A stretch of 56,330 nt of DNA from Vulcanimicrobiota bacterium (GCA_017307785.1 JAFKGI010000012.1:128001-184330), one strand, 5' to 3'. Shown: positions 19,050-29,685, numbered from the stretch's first letter. Made by a program: numbers and translations. The notes: generated by a model from the letters alone, not told the origin.

Positions 19050-21593
19050 CTACTCGGCCTTCAAAGCCCGAGCCAGCGTCTGACTGCACTGGGCCAGATG
19101 GGCCCGCGTCTCCAGACTCAACTTGCCCTTGGCGGCTGCGTCGATCTGCGTCTTCAATTCGGCCGCCTGATAGCGCATCAAGCTCACCGCATCGCCCGGA
19201 GCTTTCGTATCCGGAGACAAGAAGGGCAACATCGACTTGATGTATTCCTTCTGCAAATCGCGACGCTGCTGGGGAACCTCGGTTCCAGCCGGAAGTTCCG
19301 ACCAAATGGCCGTCTGCAGTCCGTCATACAGCTCCGACAAGCGGAAGACCGAAGCCGAAGGATCCATCTTTTCGGGCGAATCGATGATGCGCTGGGCGAT
19401 GTCGTTGGCCAACAAACCGTTCAAGACATTGGCCTGGGTGCGCACGACCGCCGAACCCACGTGGATGTTCTGGTCGCCCCAGGTGTCAAAGCGGTCCTTG
19501 GCCAGACGGGCCACGAACTCGGGCTTGAACTTGAAGCTGTCGGGCGCAAAAAACGTCGTCAAAATCGAACCCAGCGCCGCCCGCTGCTTCTCGGCCGGAA
19601 CCGGCTCATAAGTGGCCTTGTCGGTGCCGGCCCGATCGCGGTGGATGCTGACGCCACCGATGTAGCGCGTCATAATCCGGCCCGAGCTGGCCAGCTTGTT
19701 GAGACCCGAGCTAAAAGCCCCGGTCAACTCCTGGTAGGATGCGCCCTCGGGCAACACCCGGTCCTGAGCCCGGCGCCACAGCTCGCGACCCAGCACCACC
19801 TGCTTGTCGGCAAAGGCCAACGGGTCGCTACCCAGGTCGAAGCGGTTCACCAGCGGGTCCATGCCGTCAGCGGCTTCGTCGGACTCGTAAGCCAGGGCCG
19901 GATCCTTGGTGGTCTGAGCGGCGATATCGGACAGCGTATCTTTCTCGCGGGCCGGATCGATCTGCTCGTAAGCATACTTGATGGCCAAATAATCGTATTT
20001 GCCCAAACCGGACTGCACGTACTCGCCCTGCTTCTCGCCGGGAGCGGCCAGGTTGAAGGGCTGGTAGTCCATCACCGAACTGCCCAGACCGTGCTCCGCG
20101 GTGTGAGCCGCATCCTGCAGCTGCTCGTCGTTGTTCAACAACGAGCCCTTAAAGTTGTGACGCAGACCCAGCGTGTGCCCGACCTCGTGGGTGGTTACGT
20201 TGCGCACATAAGCATTGGCCAGCTTCTGACCTTCCTCACTGTTACCGCGCACGTCCAGCAACTGCTGAGCGAACTGCGACTCCATGCCGGCGTGGTGCAT
20301 ATAACCGCACTGCTCGCCGTGCTCGTGCACGTGAGCGCTCTCGGCGGGCGGATTGTCCACCAAAAACTTCTGCGCCGAACGTCCGAACACGTCGGCCATG
20401 CGAATGTCGGCATCGAGAATCTCGCCGCTGCGTGGATCCACCTGCGACGGTCCCACCGCCGCGCCCACGTCGGAAGCGGTATACCAGCGGATGGAAGCGT
20501 GGCGCGCATCCATCGTGTCGAACTTATCGGCATCAGTCTGCTGGCGCACTTCGATGGCGTTCTTGAAACCGATCTGCTCGAAAGCCTTGTTCCATTCCAG
20601 CACGCCCTCGCGCACCGACTCGCGATATTTCTCGGGCACGTCCTTGGCGATCCAGTAAGTGATGGGCTTCTTCGGCTCAGACAGAGCCGCATCAGGATCG
20701 GCTTTCTCCAGGCGCCAGCGGTTGACGTAACGAACCTTCCCATCCGTATCGTCACCGGTGTAGTCCTTGCGAGTGGTCACGAAGTGACCGATGCGCTCGT
20801 CGGCCAGACGGGGCGTCATCGGCTCGTCCGGCAACTTGGAGAAGTTGTAGCGGAACTCGGTCAACAGGCTGCGCGAATCGGGCGTAGTGGAGGGCATGCT
20901 GCCGGTCTTGGGCGGAACCGGCGGAGCCTGAAAGTGAGCTTCCACGCCAAAGCTGGTCTGCTCATCGCAGTTGTCGGTGGCGGTGAAATGGGTGTTCTTC
21001 ACGTCCAGCCCAAAGGGCGTCTCGTAAGTGCGCGCCAGACGCATCTGATAAGCCGGAATGTCGGTGAAAAGCAGCGCGTTGGCCTCCACCACCACCGAGC
21101 CGTTGGGCCGTTTGCTGCCCACCATGGGGGCGCTGGCGATCAAGCTGTCGGAAAAGCCCTCTTTGACAAACTCGGCCTGAGGAGTGCCTTCTTCCGCGAA
21201 GTAGGTCGTGTTTTTGGCCACCAGTTGCACCTGGTTGCCGGCCAACCGGAACTCGGCCAGCTGGGAATCGCCCAGCTCCGATCCGGTCAGGTATTTCTCG
21301 CCCAGGCCCTTGGCCACGTTGGCGCTGAAAAAGAAGGGCTTCTTGAGCTGCTCGGGAGTCAGCTCCAGCCAGACTTTGTCGCCCTTCTTCAGAATCTTGA
21401 TAAAGCCGGGGATCTGTTCCGCGCCCTCGGTGGGGTCGGGAGGCTGGGCGGCTACCGCGGCTTTGGTCTCCGTGGTGCCGGCAGTGCCGGGAGTAAAGGT
21501 ATCTTTCTCGGTGGTCGTCGTCGCTTTCTCGGAAGCGGGGGGAATGAAGGCTCTGGGTTGGATGGAAGCGGAAGAAATCGACGGAACTGCCAC
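19050..21593 (-). CDS. Zinc-dependent met-zincin metalloprotease (DUF5117/DUF4953-type)
   Basis: HEVGHTLGLRHNF = HExxHxxGxxH. 847 aa. The overall layout matches the large bacterial zinc-dependent metalloprotease family. Confidence 0.75.
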   Translation of the reverse strand: MAVPSISSASIQPRAFIPPASEKATTTTEKDTFTPGTAGTTETKAAVAAQPPDPTEGAEQIPGFIKILKKGDKVWLELTPEQLKKPFFFSANVAKGLGEKYLTGSELGDSQLAEFRLAGNQVQLVAKNTTYFAEEGTPQAEFVKEGFSDSLIASAPMVGSKRPNGSVVVEANALLFTDIPAYQMRLARTYETPFGLDVKNTHFTATDNCDEQTSFGVEAHFQAPPVPPKTGSMPSTTPDSRSLLTEFRYNFSKLPDEPMTPRLADERIGHFVTTRKDYTGDDTDGKVRYVNRWRLEKADPDAALSEPKKPITYWIAKDVPEKYRESVREGVLEWNKAFEQIGFKNAIEVRQQTDADKFDTMDARHASIRWYTASDVGAAVGPSQVDPRSGEILDADIRMADVFGRSAQKFLVDNPPAESAHVHEHGEQCGYMHHAGMESQFAQQLLDVRGNSEEGQKLANAYVRNVTTHEVGHTLGLRHNFKGSLLNNDEQLQDAAHTAEHGLGSSVMDYQPFNLAAPGEKQGEYVQSGLGKYDYLAIKYAYEQIDPAREKDTLSDIAAQTTKDPALAYESDEAADGMDPLVNRFDLGSDPLAFADKQVVLGRELWRRAQDRVLPEGASYQELTGAFSSGLNKLASSGRIMTRYIGGVSIHRDRAGTDKATYEPVPAEKQRAALGSILTTFFAPDSFKFKPEFVARLAKDRFDTWGDQNIHVGSAVVRTQANVLNGLLANDIAQRIIDSPEKMDPSASVFRLSELYDGLQTAIWSELPAGTEVPQQRRDLQKEYIKSMLPFLSPDTKAPGDAVSLMRYQAAELKTQIDAAAKGKLSLETRAHLAQCSQTLARALKAE

Positions 21594-21775
21594 GGCTCTA
21601 GGTTTACCTCTGAATCGTATATTTTCCCGGGAGTTTGCTCCTCTGGGCCGATGTCAGAGTAGCCAAAAAACCTGAAAGAACCCTGAAAACAAAACTGTAA
21701 CAAGCGAGTTACCTGGTGTTCAAAACACGCAGGCCCGACTAACGCCGTCGTGCGGCCGATTTCTATACTAAAACC

Positions 21776-23188
21776 ATGCAGCTGACCTCCATTCCCAGCT
21801 TCCGGCCGCTGAAGAACTACAGCCGGGCCATGGCTCCCAACTTCGCACCCGACGTCGCTCCCAACGACACGGTCAGCCTGACCGGTCAGCCCAAAGTCAG
21901 CAAACTGCAGCAACGCCGCCTGGGAATGATGGTGGCTCTGGCCATGCTCTGCCTGCCCGCCTCCAGCGCGATGCTCCCCGTTCCCCAGGCACCCGTCCGC
22001 CACGAAATTCCAGCCGACAGTTGGGCCGCCGGCATCCCCGGTCGCGACCCGGTCGCCACTCGCCTGGAAGGCATTCAGCTCAGCCTCGAGACCGGCCACC
22101 TGACCGCCAAAGAGGCCGATGAACTGCGCCACAAATTGCAAAACCTGCCCACCAACCCGGAGAAACTGGCCCAGCGCCTGACCCGTTTTGACAGCCTCTA
22201 CGACGGTTATCGCCTGCCCAGCGATCCGCCCAGCAAGGACAAAGAGAAGAAGGAAGTCCCCGACCCGGCCATGGTCCAGCTGAACCATGAAAGCTTCCTG
22301 CTCTACGACACCAACGGCGACCGCGCCGTCACCCGCCGCGAACTGACCCGGGCCCTGACCGGCGTGCAGGACGGCCGCCTGGGAGCGACCGCCGCCGCCA
22401 TGGCCCCTCTCTTTGGCGAACTCTCGGGCAAGCTCGGCTACATCACCTGGTCGGCCCTGGACAACCCCACCCTGGCCCGTTACACGGACGTCTCGCTGCA
22501 GCGCCAGGCCAAACAGCCGGAGCTCAAGGACCTGTCTGAGGAAAGCTTCGATTCCAGCCGCATTCGTCAGCGCTTCCAGGGCAGCTGCGTGCTGCTCTCC
22601 ACCCTGATTGATCTGCCCGCCAAGCAGTTGCGCGAAATGATCACCGACAACCACGACGGCACCTTTACCGTGCACTTCCGCAACGGCAAGCAGGCCACCG
22701 TCAAAGACGTCACCGAGGCCGAACGCAGCTTTTTCTCCACCACCTTCGAAGGCGAACGTTGGCCGGCGCTCTTTGAAAAAGCCGTGGGCACGGTGCGCGC
22801 CTCGGAAGGCGTGGCCGGGGGCGACATCATCGCCGCCGGACGCACCATTCCGCCCACTGAGGCGATGGCCCTGATGACCGGACGCACCGGGGAATTCCGC
22901 CGAATTTCCGCTCTCGGCCCGTCAGGACTGCGCCAATTCCTGGTGGAAGCCCAACGCAATCACGAACCCATCATCGCCGGCATTTCAGAAACCGCCGGGA
23001 GCACGGGTCTGATCGGTCATCACGAATACGCCGTCAAAAGCTTCAACCCGTTCACCAACATGGTGACCTTGCGCAATCCTCACGGCACCGGCGTCTGGAA
23101 CCAGAGCAAACTGGACGAAAACGGCCTCTTCGAAATGCCCCTCAAGGAATTCTACAATCACTATCACAATATCACCGCCCTGAAATAA
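21776..23188 (+). CDS. Calpain-like (C2 family) cysteine peptidase with an EF-hand
   Basis: QGSCVLLSTL (Cys box, cf. calpain QGxLGDCW), GLIGHHEYAV (His box, cf. GHAYSV), VTLRNPHGTGVWN (Asn box, cf. RLRNPWG). The EF-hand loop is DTNGDRAVTRRE (DxNxDxxxxxxE). TM-like segment near the N-terminus. Confidence 0.7.
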   Translation: MQLTSIPSFRPLKNYSRAMAPNFAPDVAPNDTVSLTGQPKVSKLQQRRLGMMVALAMLCLPASSAMLPVPQAPVRHEIPADSWAAGIPGRDPVATRLEGIQLSLETGHLTAKEADELRHKLQNLPTNPEKLAQRLTRFDSLYDGYRLPSDPPSKDKEKKEVPDPAMVQLNHESFLLYDTNGDRAVTRRELTRALTGVQDGRLGATAAAMAPLFGELSGKLGYITWSALDNPTLARYTDVSLQRQAKQPELKDLSEESFDSSRIRQRFQGSCVLLSTLIDLPAKQLREMITDNHDGTFTVHFRNGKQATVKDVTEAERSFFSTTFEGERWPALFEKAVGTVRASEGVAGGDIIAAGRTIPPTEAMALMTGRTGEFRRISALGPSGLRQFLVEAQRNHEPIIAGISETAGSTGLIGHHEYAVKSFNPFTNMVTLRNPHGTGVWNQSKLDENGLFEMPLKEFYNHYHNITALK

Positions 23189-23243
23189 CCGTTGTGGGAA
23201 AAATTCCCAGACAGGCCGGCTGACGACCCCTAAGCTTGACAGT

Positions 23244-25142
23244 ATGACTGAAACAACTGTCAACACCAGCCGCAAGGTGCCCCTGGGACCGGGAACCTTG
23301 CTCGCTTTCCGAGACGGTTCCCCCGCCCCCGCCCGCACCATCGGACTGCAGGCGCGCATTCGCCTGAGCGGTCCCCTGGCCGCCGTCGAACTCCGCCACA
23401 GCTTCACCAACCCCTACCCACACGCTCTGGAATTCTGCTATCTCTTCCCCTGGAACGAAGGCGCCAGTCTGTCTCGCTTTCGCGCTCAAATCGGCACGCG
23501 CACCCTGGAAACTCTGCCGGCCGCCAGCCAGGAACTGGCGGAAAACCGCCGCCCCACCGCCCTGGCCCCCTATTTCGCCGAAGAATCCGCTCCCGTCTTC
23601 TCCGTCGGGCTAGGCCTGTTAGAACCCGGAGAAACGGTCGCCATCGAGCTTTTCTACGCCGAACTCAGTCAGGACTTTCACTTTCCCCTGGCGGGCTGCC
23701 CGCAGGCGCAACTGCAGATCCTGTTGGAAGCGCCCACCGCCTACGAGTGCAACCTGCCGGTCCGCAGACAGGTTCTGGCCAACGGCGACGTGCTGCTCGA
23801 CCCCGGCCCCGGTCCCTTCTCGCAAGATCTGGTCCTGTCGCAGCACCGCCAGCTGGTGCTGCGCCAATCGCCCCACCATTTTCTGCTGCAAACGCCCGAT
23901 CCCAACAGCACCTCCCGGGACCTGGTCCTTCTGATCGACGGCTCAGAAAACGCCACGCCCGAGCGCTTTGCCGCCGCCCAACAGCTGGCTCGCCAACAGC
24001 TAACCCAACTGGACGCCCACAGCCAGTTCGCGCTGGTGAGCTTCCATCATCAGATCGAAGGCTTCGAACTGGGCGCCTTCCAGCCCCAGAGCAAAGCGGA
24101 GGCAGCCCTGCAGTGGCTGGCCCGGCAGCGCCCCGCCGGCCGGGCCGACATGGCCGTGCTGCTCGAGCGCGTCCTCAGCTTGCCCCGCCGGGGTCCCCTG
24201 GAAGTACTGCTCATCGCCTGTGGCCCCGTCGGCAACGAACCTGAGCTCTACGCCCAGGTGTGCGCTGCCCCTCAACCACCGGTGTTTCGCACCGTCGCTC
24301 TCGGTCCCGCCAACCACGCCTTCCTGCGCCGCCTGGAAGCCGTTACCCGCCCTAATCCCTGGGTCGATCAGGGCCTGCAGGCTCAGCAGGCCAGCTGCAC
24401 CGGCATTCACACCGTGCTGGGGCGCAAATCCGGCACCGGCGGAGTCTCCTGGCAAGGCCAGCCGGCCGCTCCCAACCCCTGTGCCAACCCGGCCCTTCCG
24501 ATGCTGTGGGCCAGCCACAAAGTGGCCGAAATGCTGGACGAACTCAAGCTGGTACATGGTCCACGCGCCTCGCAACTGCGCCAGATCTCTCAGGCCCTGT
24601 GCCGCGAGTATCGGCTCATGACGGAGATCTCTCCCATGACCGTGGACGGCAAGCAACTGGCCGGGCTCGACCCCCAAAGCTGGACCCGATCCACCCCACC
24701 TCCCGTCCTCAAGCCACGGATTCGACCGGTGTTGGTAAGCGAACCTCCGCCGGTGCGGGCCGGCCTGGTTCCCCCGCAAGGCTCCACCCCTTCCCCCACC
24801 GGACTCAAAGCCAAAATCAGCCAGTCCAAAAAATACGACGCCAAACGCAAACCCAGCAAGCCCGCCCTTAAAAAGACCCATCCCGTAGCCCAGGCAAAAC
24901 GATTGCTTGCAATCGATCGGGAAGCCTGGAAAAGCGAACTGCGGGCCCTGTATCGCGACCGCCAGGCCGATCAGCTGGCCATCCTGCTGGTCCGCCTGCG
25001 CTTCCTCAGCGACCGCTCGTCCGTGCTGGCCGAAGTCTATCGAATTGGCCTGGCCTGCTACCAGGGTTTGCGCGCCGGCCACCCCAAAGCGGGAGAACGG
25101 GCCGCCCAGTGGGTGGAAAAGTTCGCCAGCCTGTTCAAATAG
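23244..25142 (+). CDS. VIT + von Willebrand factor A domain protein
   Basis: N-terminal VIT-like region. LVLLIDGSENATPERF resembles a vWA MIDAS-type start. Long Pro-rich linker and helical C-terminus. Assignment is approximate. Confidence 0.5.
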   Translation: MTETTVNTSRKVPLGPGTLLAFRDGSPAPARTIGLQARIRLSGPLAAVELRHSFTNPYPHALEFCYLFPWNEGASLSRFRAQIGTRTLETLPAASQELAENRRPTALAPYFAEESAPVFSVGLGLLEPGETVAIELFYAELSQDFHFPLAGCPQAQLQILLEAPTAYECNLPVRRQVLANGDVLLDPGPGPFSQDLVLSQHRQLVLRQSPHHFLLQTPDPNSTSRDLVLLIDGSENATPERFAAAQQLARQQLTQLDAHSQFALVSFHHQIEGFELGAFQPQSKAEAALQWLARQRPAGRADMAVLLERVLSLPRRGPLEVLLIACGPVGNEPELYAQVCAAPQPPVFRTVALGPANHAFLRRLEAVTRPNPWVDQGLQAQQASCTGIHTVLGRKSGTGGVSWQGQPAAPNPCANPALPMLWASHKVAEMLDELKLVHGPRASQLRQISQALCREYRLMTEISPMTVDGKQLAGLDPQSWTRSTPPPVLKPRIRPVLVSEPPPVRAGLVPPQGSTPSPTGLKAKISQSKKYDAKRKPSKPALKKTHPVAQAKRLLAIDREAWKSELRALYRDRQADQLAILLVRLRFLSDRSSVLAEVYRIGLACYQGLRAGHPKAGERAAQWVEKFASLFK

Positions 25143-25180
25143 CCGAAGGTTGAGGCGCCCCCCTTGGAAAAGTCTATCGT

Positions 25181-26944
25181 ATGCTATCCGGCGAAGACCA
25201 GGAGGCCCTGCGTTTCGAGAGCTACCGAGAACTGGCGCGCACCACCGCGCCCACGGTACCGGTTTACCCGGCCCTGGTAGCCGGCTGCTCGTTGGCCAGC
25301 TCCTTTGGCCGGGAACACTGGGTGGCGGTGCTGGCCCTGGTGCTGAGCACCGCCGTGGCCGGCTTGATCCGACTGCTGCTGGCCCGTCGCCTGCTGGCCC
25401 AACCCGACCCCATTCCCCTCTCCCTGATCGGCAGCTATCGACTGGCCGCCATCCTGGTCGGGCTCAGCTGGGGCCTCTTCAACGCCGCCTCTGTCTATTG
25501 GTACGGCACCGGCTGGGCCTCGCAACTGGCCATGGTGGTGACGGTAGGACTGACCGCCGGTGCCACCAGCACGCTGGCCAGCGATCTCAACCTCTTCCGG
25601 GTCTACACGGTGGTCATGCTGCTTCCCGGCAGCCTGTTGCTGGCCGCGCTGGGGGGCCGTGACGCCCTCTCCAGCCTGCCGCTCTTCGTCTTCATGATCT
25701 TCATCGGAGCCACCGGCCGCCAGCACAATCACCGCTACTGGAAATCCATTCGCAGCGAACGCTTGCTCAAGCGCCGCACCGATCAGCTGGAGGAAGCCAA
25801 CCTGGCCAAAAGCCAGTTTCTGGCCACCATGAGCCACGAAATTCGCACTCCCATGAACGCCGTCATGGGAATGACCGAGCTGCTCATGGATAGCGAACTC
25901 AAGCCGGCCCAACAAGAATGGGTCAGCGCCCTGCGCGGCGGCTCCCAGACCTTACTCTCGATTATCACCGGCATCTTGGACCTGGCCAAAATTGAGTCGG
26001 GCAAGCTGGAAATGGAGCAGCAGCCCTATGATCTGGTGGCCGGTCTGCGCGACACCGTCACCCTCTTCGAAACCGCCGCGCGCCAAAAAGGCCTGGAGCT
26101 CAAGTCAGCCTGGGAGCCCGCTCCCGTCTGGCTGCTGGGAGACAGCCTGCGCGTGCGCCAGATTCTCTCCAACCTCATCAGCAACGCCCTCAAGTTCACC
26201 CAGGAAGGCTGCATTTCGGTCGAGCTCCACTGGCCGCAACCCGACCAGGCGGAACTGCGCATTCGCGACAGCGGCGAAGGCGTGCCGGCCGAAAAACTCG
26301 ACCGCTTGTTTCAGCCCTTTTCCCAGGCCGACGCCTCCATCAGCCGGCGCTACGGAGGCACCGGCCTGGGATTGGCCATCTGCTGGCAGTTCGCCCGTCT
26401 CCTCAACGGCTGGATCTGGATGGTAAGCCGCTCCGGTCAGGCCGGTCAAACTCCCCCCGGTTGGCAGCTGCAGCCCTGTGACCAGGGCTCGTGCTTCTAT
26501 TTCCGCTGGCCGGTGCAGCGCATCGAGCCGCCCGCCGTGGAAGCGGCCCAGGGTACGCCCCTACCCCCCGGTCTGCGCATTCTGGTGGCCGAGGATAACG
26601 CAGTCAACCGTCGCGTCATCGCCACCATATTGCAGAAACTGGGCTACCAGGCTCAGCTGGTGGAGAACGGCGAGCAGGCCGTGCAGGCCTGCCGACAAGA
26701 CCCTTACGAAGTCATCTTCATGGATATCCAGATGCCGATTCTCGACGTAGTTTCCGCCACCAGGCAGCTGCGGAGCCTGGAACTGAACCCGCGACCCTGG
26801 GTGGTGGCCCTCACGGCCAACGCCTTCCGCGAAGACCGCGAGGCCAGTCTGGCCGCCGGCATGGACGATTTTCTGAGCAAGCCGGTCCGCCAGATCGATG
26901 TGGAAACCGCTCTACGCCGCTACGTAGGCACACGAGTACTCTAA
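25181..26944 (+). CDS. Hybrid sensor histidine kinase / response regulator
   Basis: Multi-TM N-terminus, H-box LATMSHEIRTPMNAV, HATPase_c (NLISNALKFT, DSGEGV, GGTGLGLAI), C-terminal receiver ILVAEDNAVNRRV...FMDIQMP...KP. Confidence 0.85.
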   Translation: MLSGEDQEALRFESYRELARTTAPTVPVYPALVAGCSLASSFGREHWVAVLALVLSTAVAGLIRLLLARRLLAQPDPIPLSLIGSYRLAAILVGLSWGLFNAASVYWYGTGWASQLAMVVTVGLTAGATSTLASDLNLFRVYTVVMLLPGSLLLAALGGRDALSSLPLFVFMIFIGATGRQHNHRYWKSIRSERLLKRRTDQLEEANLAKSQFLATMSHEIRTPMNAVMGMTELLMDSELKPAQQEWVSALRGGSQTLLSIITGILDLAKIESGKLEMEQQPYDLVAGLRDTVTLFETAARQKGLELKSAWEPAPVWLLGDSLRVRQILSNLISNALKFTQEGCISVELHWPQPDQAELRIRDSGEGVPAEKLDRLFQPFSQADASISRRYGGTGLGLAICWQFARLLNGWIWMVSRSGQAGQTPPGWQLQPCDQGSCFYFRWPVQRIEPPAVEAAQGTPLPPGLRILVAEDNAVNRRVIATILQKLGYQAQLVENGEQAVQACRQDPYEVIFMDIQMPILDVVSATRQLRSLELNPRPWVVALTANAFREDREASLAAGMDDFLSKPVRQIDVETALRRYVGTRVL

Positions 26945-27217
26945 ATAGAGGATTTACCCCCATACCCGCCCGGCCCGAAACTCGCTATAGTCTCTTTAGC
27001 GGGGACGCCGCCGCGGGTGAAAAAATTCCCTCACAGGCGTCCTCGGAAGAATTTTAACGTGAACGAAAAATCAGGCGATTTCCCTTTGGGTTCGTCTCCG
27101 GCGTGATACCCGGAGCAGCTTCACAGAGCCGTAAGGCTCATCCTCGCCGTGGGTTCTTTCTGCTCGCGCTATAAATTGTAGAAGCCTCGTCAGAGTTCTG
27201 GCGGGGCTTCGAGTTTT

Positions 27218-27640
27218 TCAGGGCAAAAGCGAACATTCCAGCCAGTAGCTCAGACAACGATGCAGCATCTGCTGCAGCTTGCGCGCATCCACCGGCTTCA
27301 GCAAATGGCCCTGGGCTCCCAGGCGAAAACTACGGACCGTATTGCTCTCTCGATGCGAGCCGCTCATCATGATCACCGGGTCCAGGCGAGTCTGCGGATG
27401 CTCCCGCAAGTGGCGCAATAACTGGTGTCCGTCCAGCCCCGGTAAACCCAGGTCGATAAAAAAAATACCCGGCGGGCGCACGCAGCTCTGGTCCAAGCTG
27501 CGCAACACATCTCCCACCCGTTTCCACTGCAGCAACGAGGCATCCGGAGCAATCGAATGCAGGGCCCGGGCAAAAGCCAGCGAGTCCGCCTCGCAATCTT
27601 CCACCAGATGGACCACCCGATTCAATTCCAGAGCCATCAT
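27218..27640 (-). CDS. Single-domain response regulator (CheY-like receiver)
   Basis: VHLVEDCEAD, FFIDLGLPGLDG, conserved KP near the C-terminus. Confidence 0.8.
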   Translation of the reverse strand: MMALELNRVVHLVEDCEADSLAFARALHSIAPDASLLQWKRVGDVLRSLDQSCVRPPGIFFIDLGLPGLDGHQLLRHLREHPQTRLDPVIMMSGSHRESNTVRSFRLGAQGHLLKPVDARKLQQMLHRCLSYWLECSLLP

Positions 27641-27727
27641 AGGATGCTATACTCTGCGCCCCCGCCTGGCAAAGTACGCCAATCCCGGGTCAGAGGAATG
27701 GCCCGCCGGCCCGAAAAAGACGCTCCT

Positions 27728-28456
27728 ATGGACTCGGAACACCATCGCTCGCTCCAGGACGTGGCCAGACTGCAGGCCCTCAAGCTCACCGGCCTGATGG
27801 ATTCTTTACCCGAAGCGTCCTATGATCGCTTCGTGCGCCTGGCCTCCCGTCTGACCGGCTCGCCCAAGGCCTTTCTCTCGCTGGTGGACGATCGCCGCCA
27901 GTTCCTCAAAGCCACCCACGGCGAAGAAAACCCGGCCCGCGAAACCCCGCTCAGCCATTCTTTCTGTCAGTATGTGGCCAGCACCGGACAACCGCTGGCC
28001 ATCGAAGACGCCCGCTTCCATCCCACCGTCAAAGACAACCCCGCCATCCAGGAAAACGAGATCATCGCCTACCTCGGTTCCCCGCTGCTGGCTCAGGGCA
28101 AATGCATCGGCTCCCTGTGCGTAACCGATAAGAACCCGCGCCGCTGGGGCTGGGCCGATCGCCAGGCCCTCAACGATCTGGCCGCCTGCGTCAACAGCGA
28201 AATCGAACTGCGCACCACCAACGCCCTGAGCCAGGGCCTGGCCGAACTACTGCCGGCCGTCGTCTATCTGAGCGACCCGACCAGCGGCGAGATTTTGTAT
28301 CGCAACGAAACCGCCCGCGACTACGACCTCACAGCCCTGAGCGACCGCGACACCCTGGAGCTGACCCATCGCGACGGAAGCCACCACCGTTTCAGCCACC
28401 ACACAGCTCCCTTTGGGGACGGCCAGCTCCTGGGCGTGGCCACCCGCCTACCGTGA
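27728..28456 (+). CDS. GAF domain protein
   Basis: FCQYVASTGQPLAIEDARFHP...IAYLGSPLL...GSLCVTDKNPRRW GAF core. Start at MDSEHH. The ORF is open further upstream. Confidence 0.65.
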   Translation: MDSEHHRSLQDVARLQALKLTGLMDSLPEASYDRFVRLASRLTGSPKAFLSLVDDRRQFLKATHGEENPARETPLSHSFCQYVASTGQPLAIEDARFHPTVKDNPAIQENEIIAYLGSPLLAQGKCIGSLCVTDKNPRRWGWADRQALNDLAACVNSEIELRTTNALSQGLAELLPAVVYLSDPTSGEILYRNETARDYDLTALSDRDTLELTHRDGSHHRFSHHTAPFGDGQLLGVATRLP

Positions 28457-29199
28457 ACGAGCCCCAAGATACGGATCTGGACGAGCTCTTCGCCAGCGCC
28501 ACGCGCATCGAGCTACGACCCGTGGTCACCCTCGATCGCCTCATCGCCCCTGGCCCTCTGCTCTGCGAAATGGCCGGAATCGCCCTGGGCCGTCTGCGCC
28601 AGGCCCTGGAACTGCGCCCTCCGCAAGAGCCCTTTCACCAGATCAGCTGGGGCGATCACACCCTGCTTTTCTACGCCGAAGACACCTTACTGCACGGCCT
28701 GGAAGTCTTCGACTTCTCGGCCCTGCGCTGGAACGGACGCTGGACCTCCGATAGCGAACTGGCCGACGACGGCCTGGCCCTGGCCCAACTGCTGGCCGAA
28801 CTCGGCCTTCCCGAACCGTTGGCCAATTTCGAACAGCGCCGACAATTTCTGGAAATCGAGCGCTCCGCCCAGGCCCACTGGCTGCAGGCCATGCCCCCTT
28901 GCCTGACCGGCCAACGCTCGCAACCCGCTCAACTGGAAGCCCTCCACAACGCCTACGGAGACGAATGCGCCAGCATCCGCGCTCTGCTTCACTGGATGGG
29001 CCAGGAAACCAGCCCCGATCCCATCCGCATGGAACTCCCCCTCGGCCTTCTGGAGCGCTTCGCCGTTGAAGACCTGGTGGCCGCCCTGCAACGGGCTGAC
29101 GCCCAGACCCTGCGTGGCGCCTGGTTCTATCTCGGCGGCCACACCCGCCTCCAATACATCCCCCGCCCCCTGCGCGAAGCCATGCGATCCGCTGTTTAA
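28453..29199 (+). CDS. Hypothetical protein, translationally coupled to the GAF gene
   Basis: GTGA start/stop overlap with the GAF gene. 248 aa, high GC3, no motif recognised. Confidence 0.4.
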   Translation: MNEPQDTDLDELFASATRIELRPVVTLDRLIAPGPLLCEMAGIALGRLRQALELRPPQEPFHQISWGDHTLLFYAEDTLLHGLEVFDFSALRWNGRWTSDSELADDGLALAQLLAELGLPEPLANFEQRRQFLEIERSAQAHWLQAMPPCLTGQRSQPAQLEALHNAYGDECASIRALLHWMGQETSPDPIRMELPLGLLERFAVEDLVAALQRADAQTLRGAWFYLGGHTRLQYIPRPLREAMRSAV

Positions 29200-29302
29200 A
29201 ACGGGTACGCCCGTCCTTTCGCCCAGGGACCCCCTTGCCACGACCGCCGTCGCCAATGGTGCTACGCTCTAGGCAGAAACTGAGCCTGAGGAGCACAAAA
29301 CC

Positions 29303-29662
29303 ATGGATAACGAACACAAGATTCCCCCCACCATTGACAATCAGTTGGAAGGAATGCGCAGCCGCCGCCCCGCCGACAGCCGCAGCGAAGACTACAACGA
29401 AGGCTCGGACGACAACGACCTCGGAATCGCCATCGATCCCATCAGCGCCGACGACGGCACCCCCGACCAGATCTCGGCCGTCGAGCAAATCCAGGCCACC
29501 TGGTCCCCCGGCGCCCCCGAAACCGCCTTCGGAGCCGTCCCTCCCGAAAACGACGACGAAGAAATCTCCGCCCAGAGCATCCGCGCCGACCGCGATCCCG
29601 AAGAGAACTTCGAAGACCCCGATCTCGACAACCTCGACGCCCACTCCAGCCTCGACCTCTAA
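29303..29662 (+). CDS. Hypothetical highly acidic protein
   Basis: 119 aa rich in Asp/Glu. GAGGAG 9 nt before the ATG. Confidence 0.45.
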   Translation: MDNEHKIPPTIDNQLEGMRSRRPADSRSEDYNEGSDDNDLGIAIDPISADDGTPDQISAVEQIQATWSPGAPETAFGAVPPENDDEEISAQSIRADRDPEENFEDPDLDNLDAHSSLDL

Positions 29663-29685
29663 AACCAGGCACCCCCGGGCGCACT

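Noticed and set aside
19098-21662. 854-aa plus-strand ORF
   Set aside because: Shadow of the met-zincin gene on the minus strand. It is Leu/Arg/Gly-rich with no SD and no motifs.
26945-27217. 270-nt lower-GC intergenic region upstream of the response-regulator gene, inspected for sRNA or tRNA
   Set aside because: No cloverleaf-compatible sequence, terminator or conserved-looking structure was seen. It is probably a promoter or 5'-UTR region.
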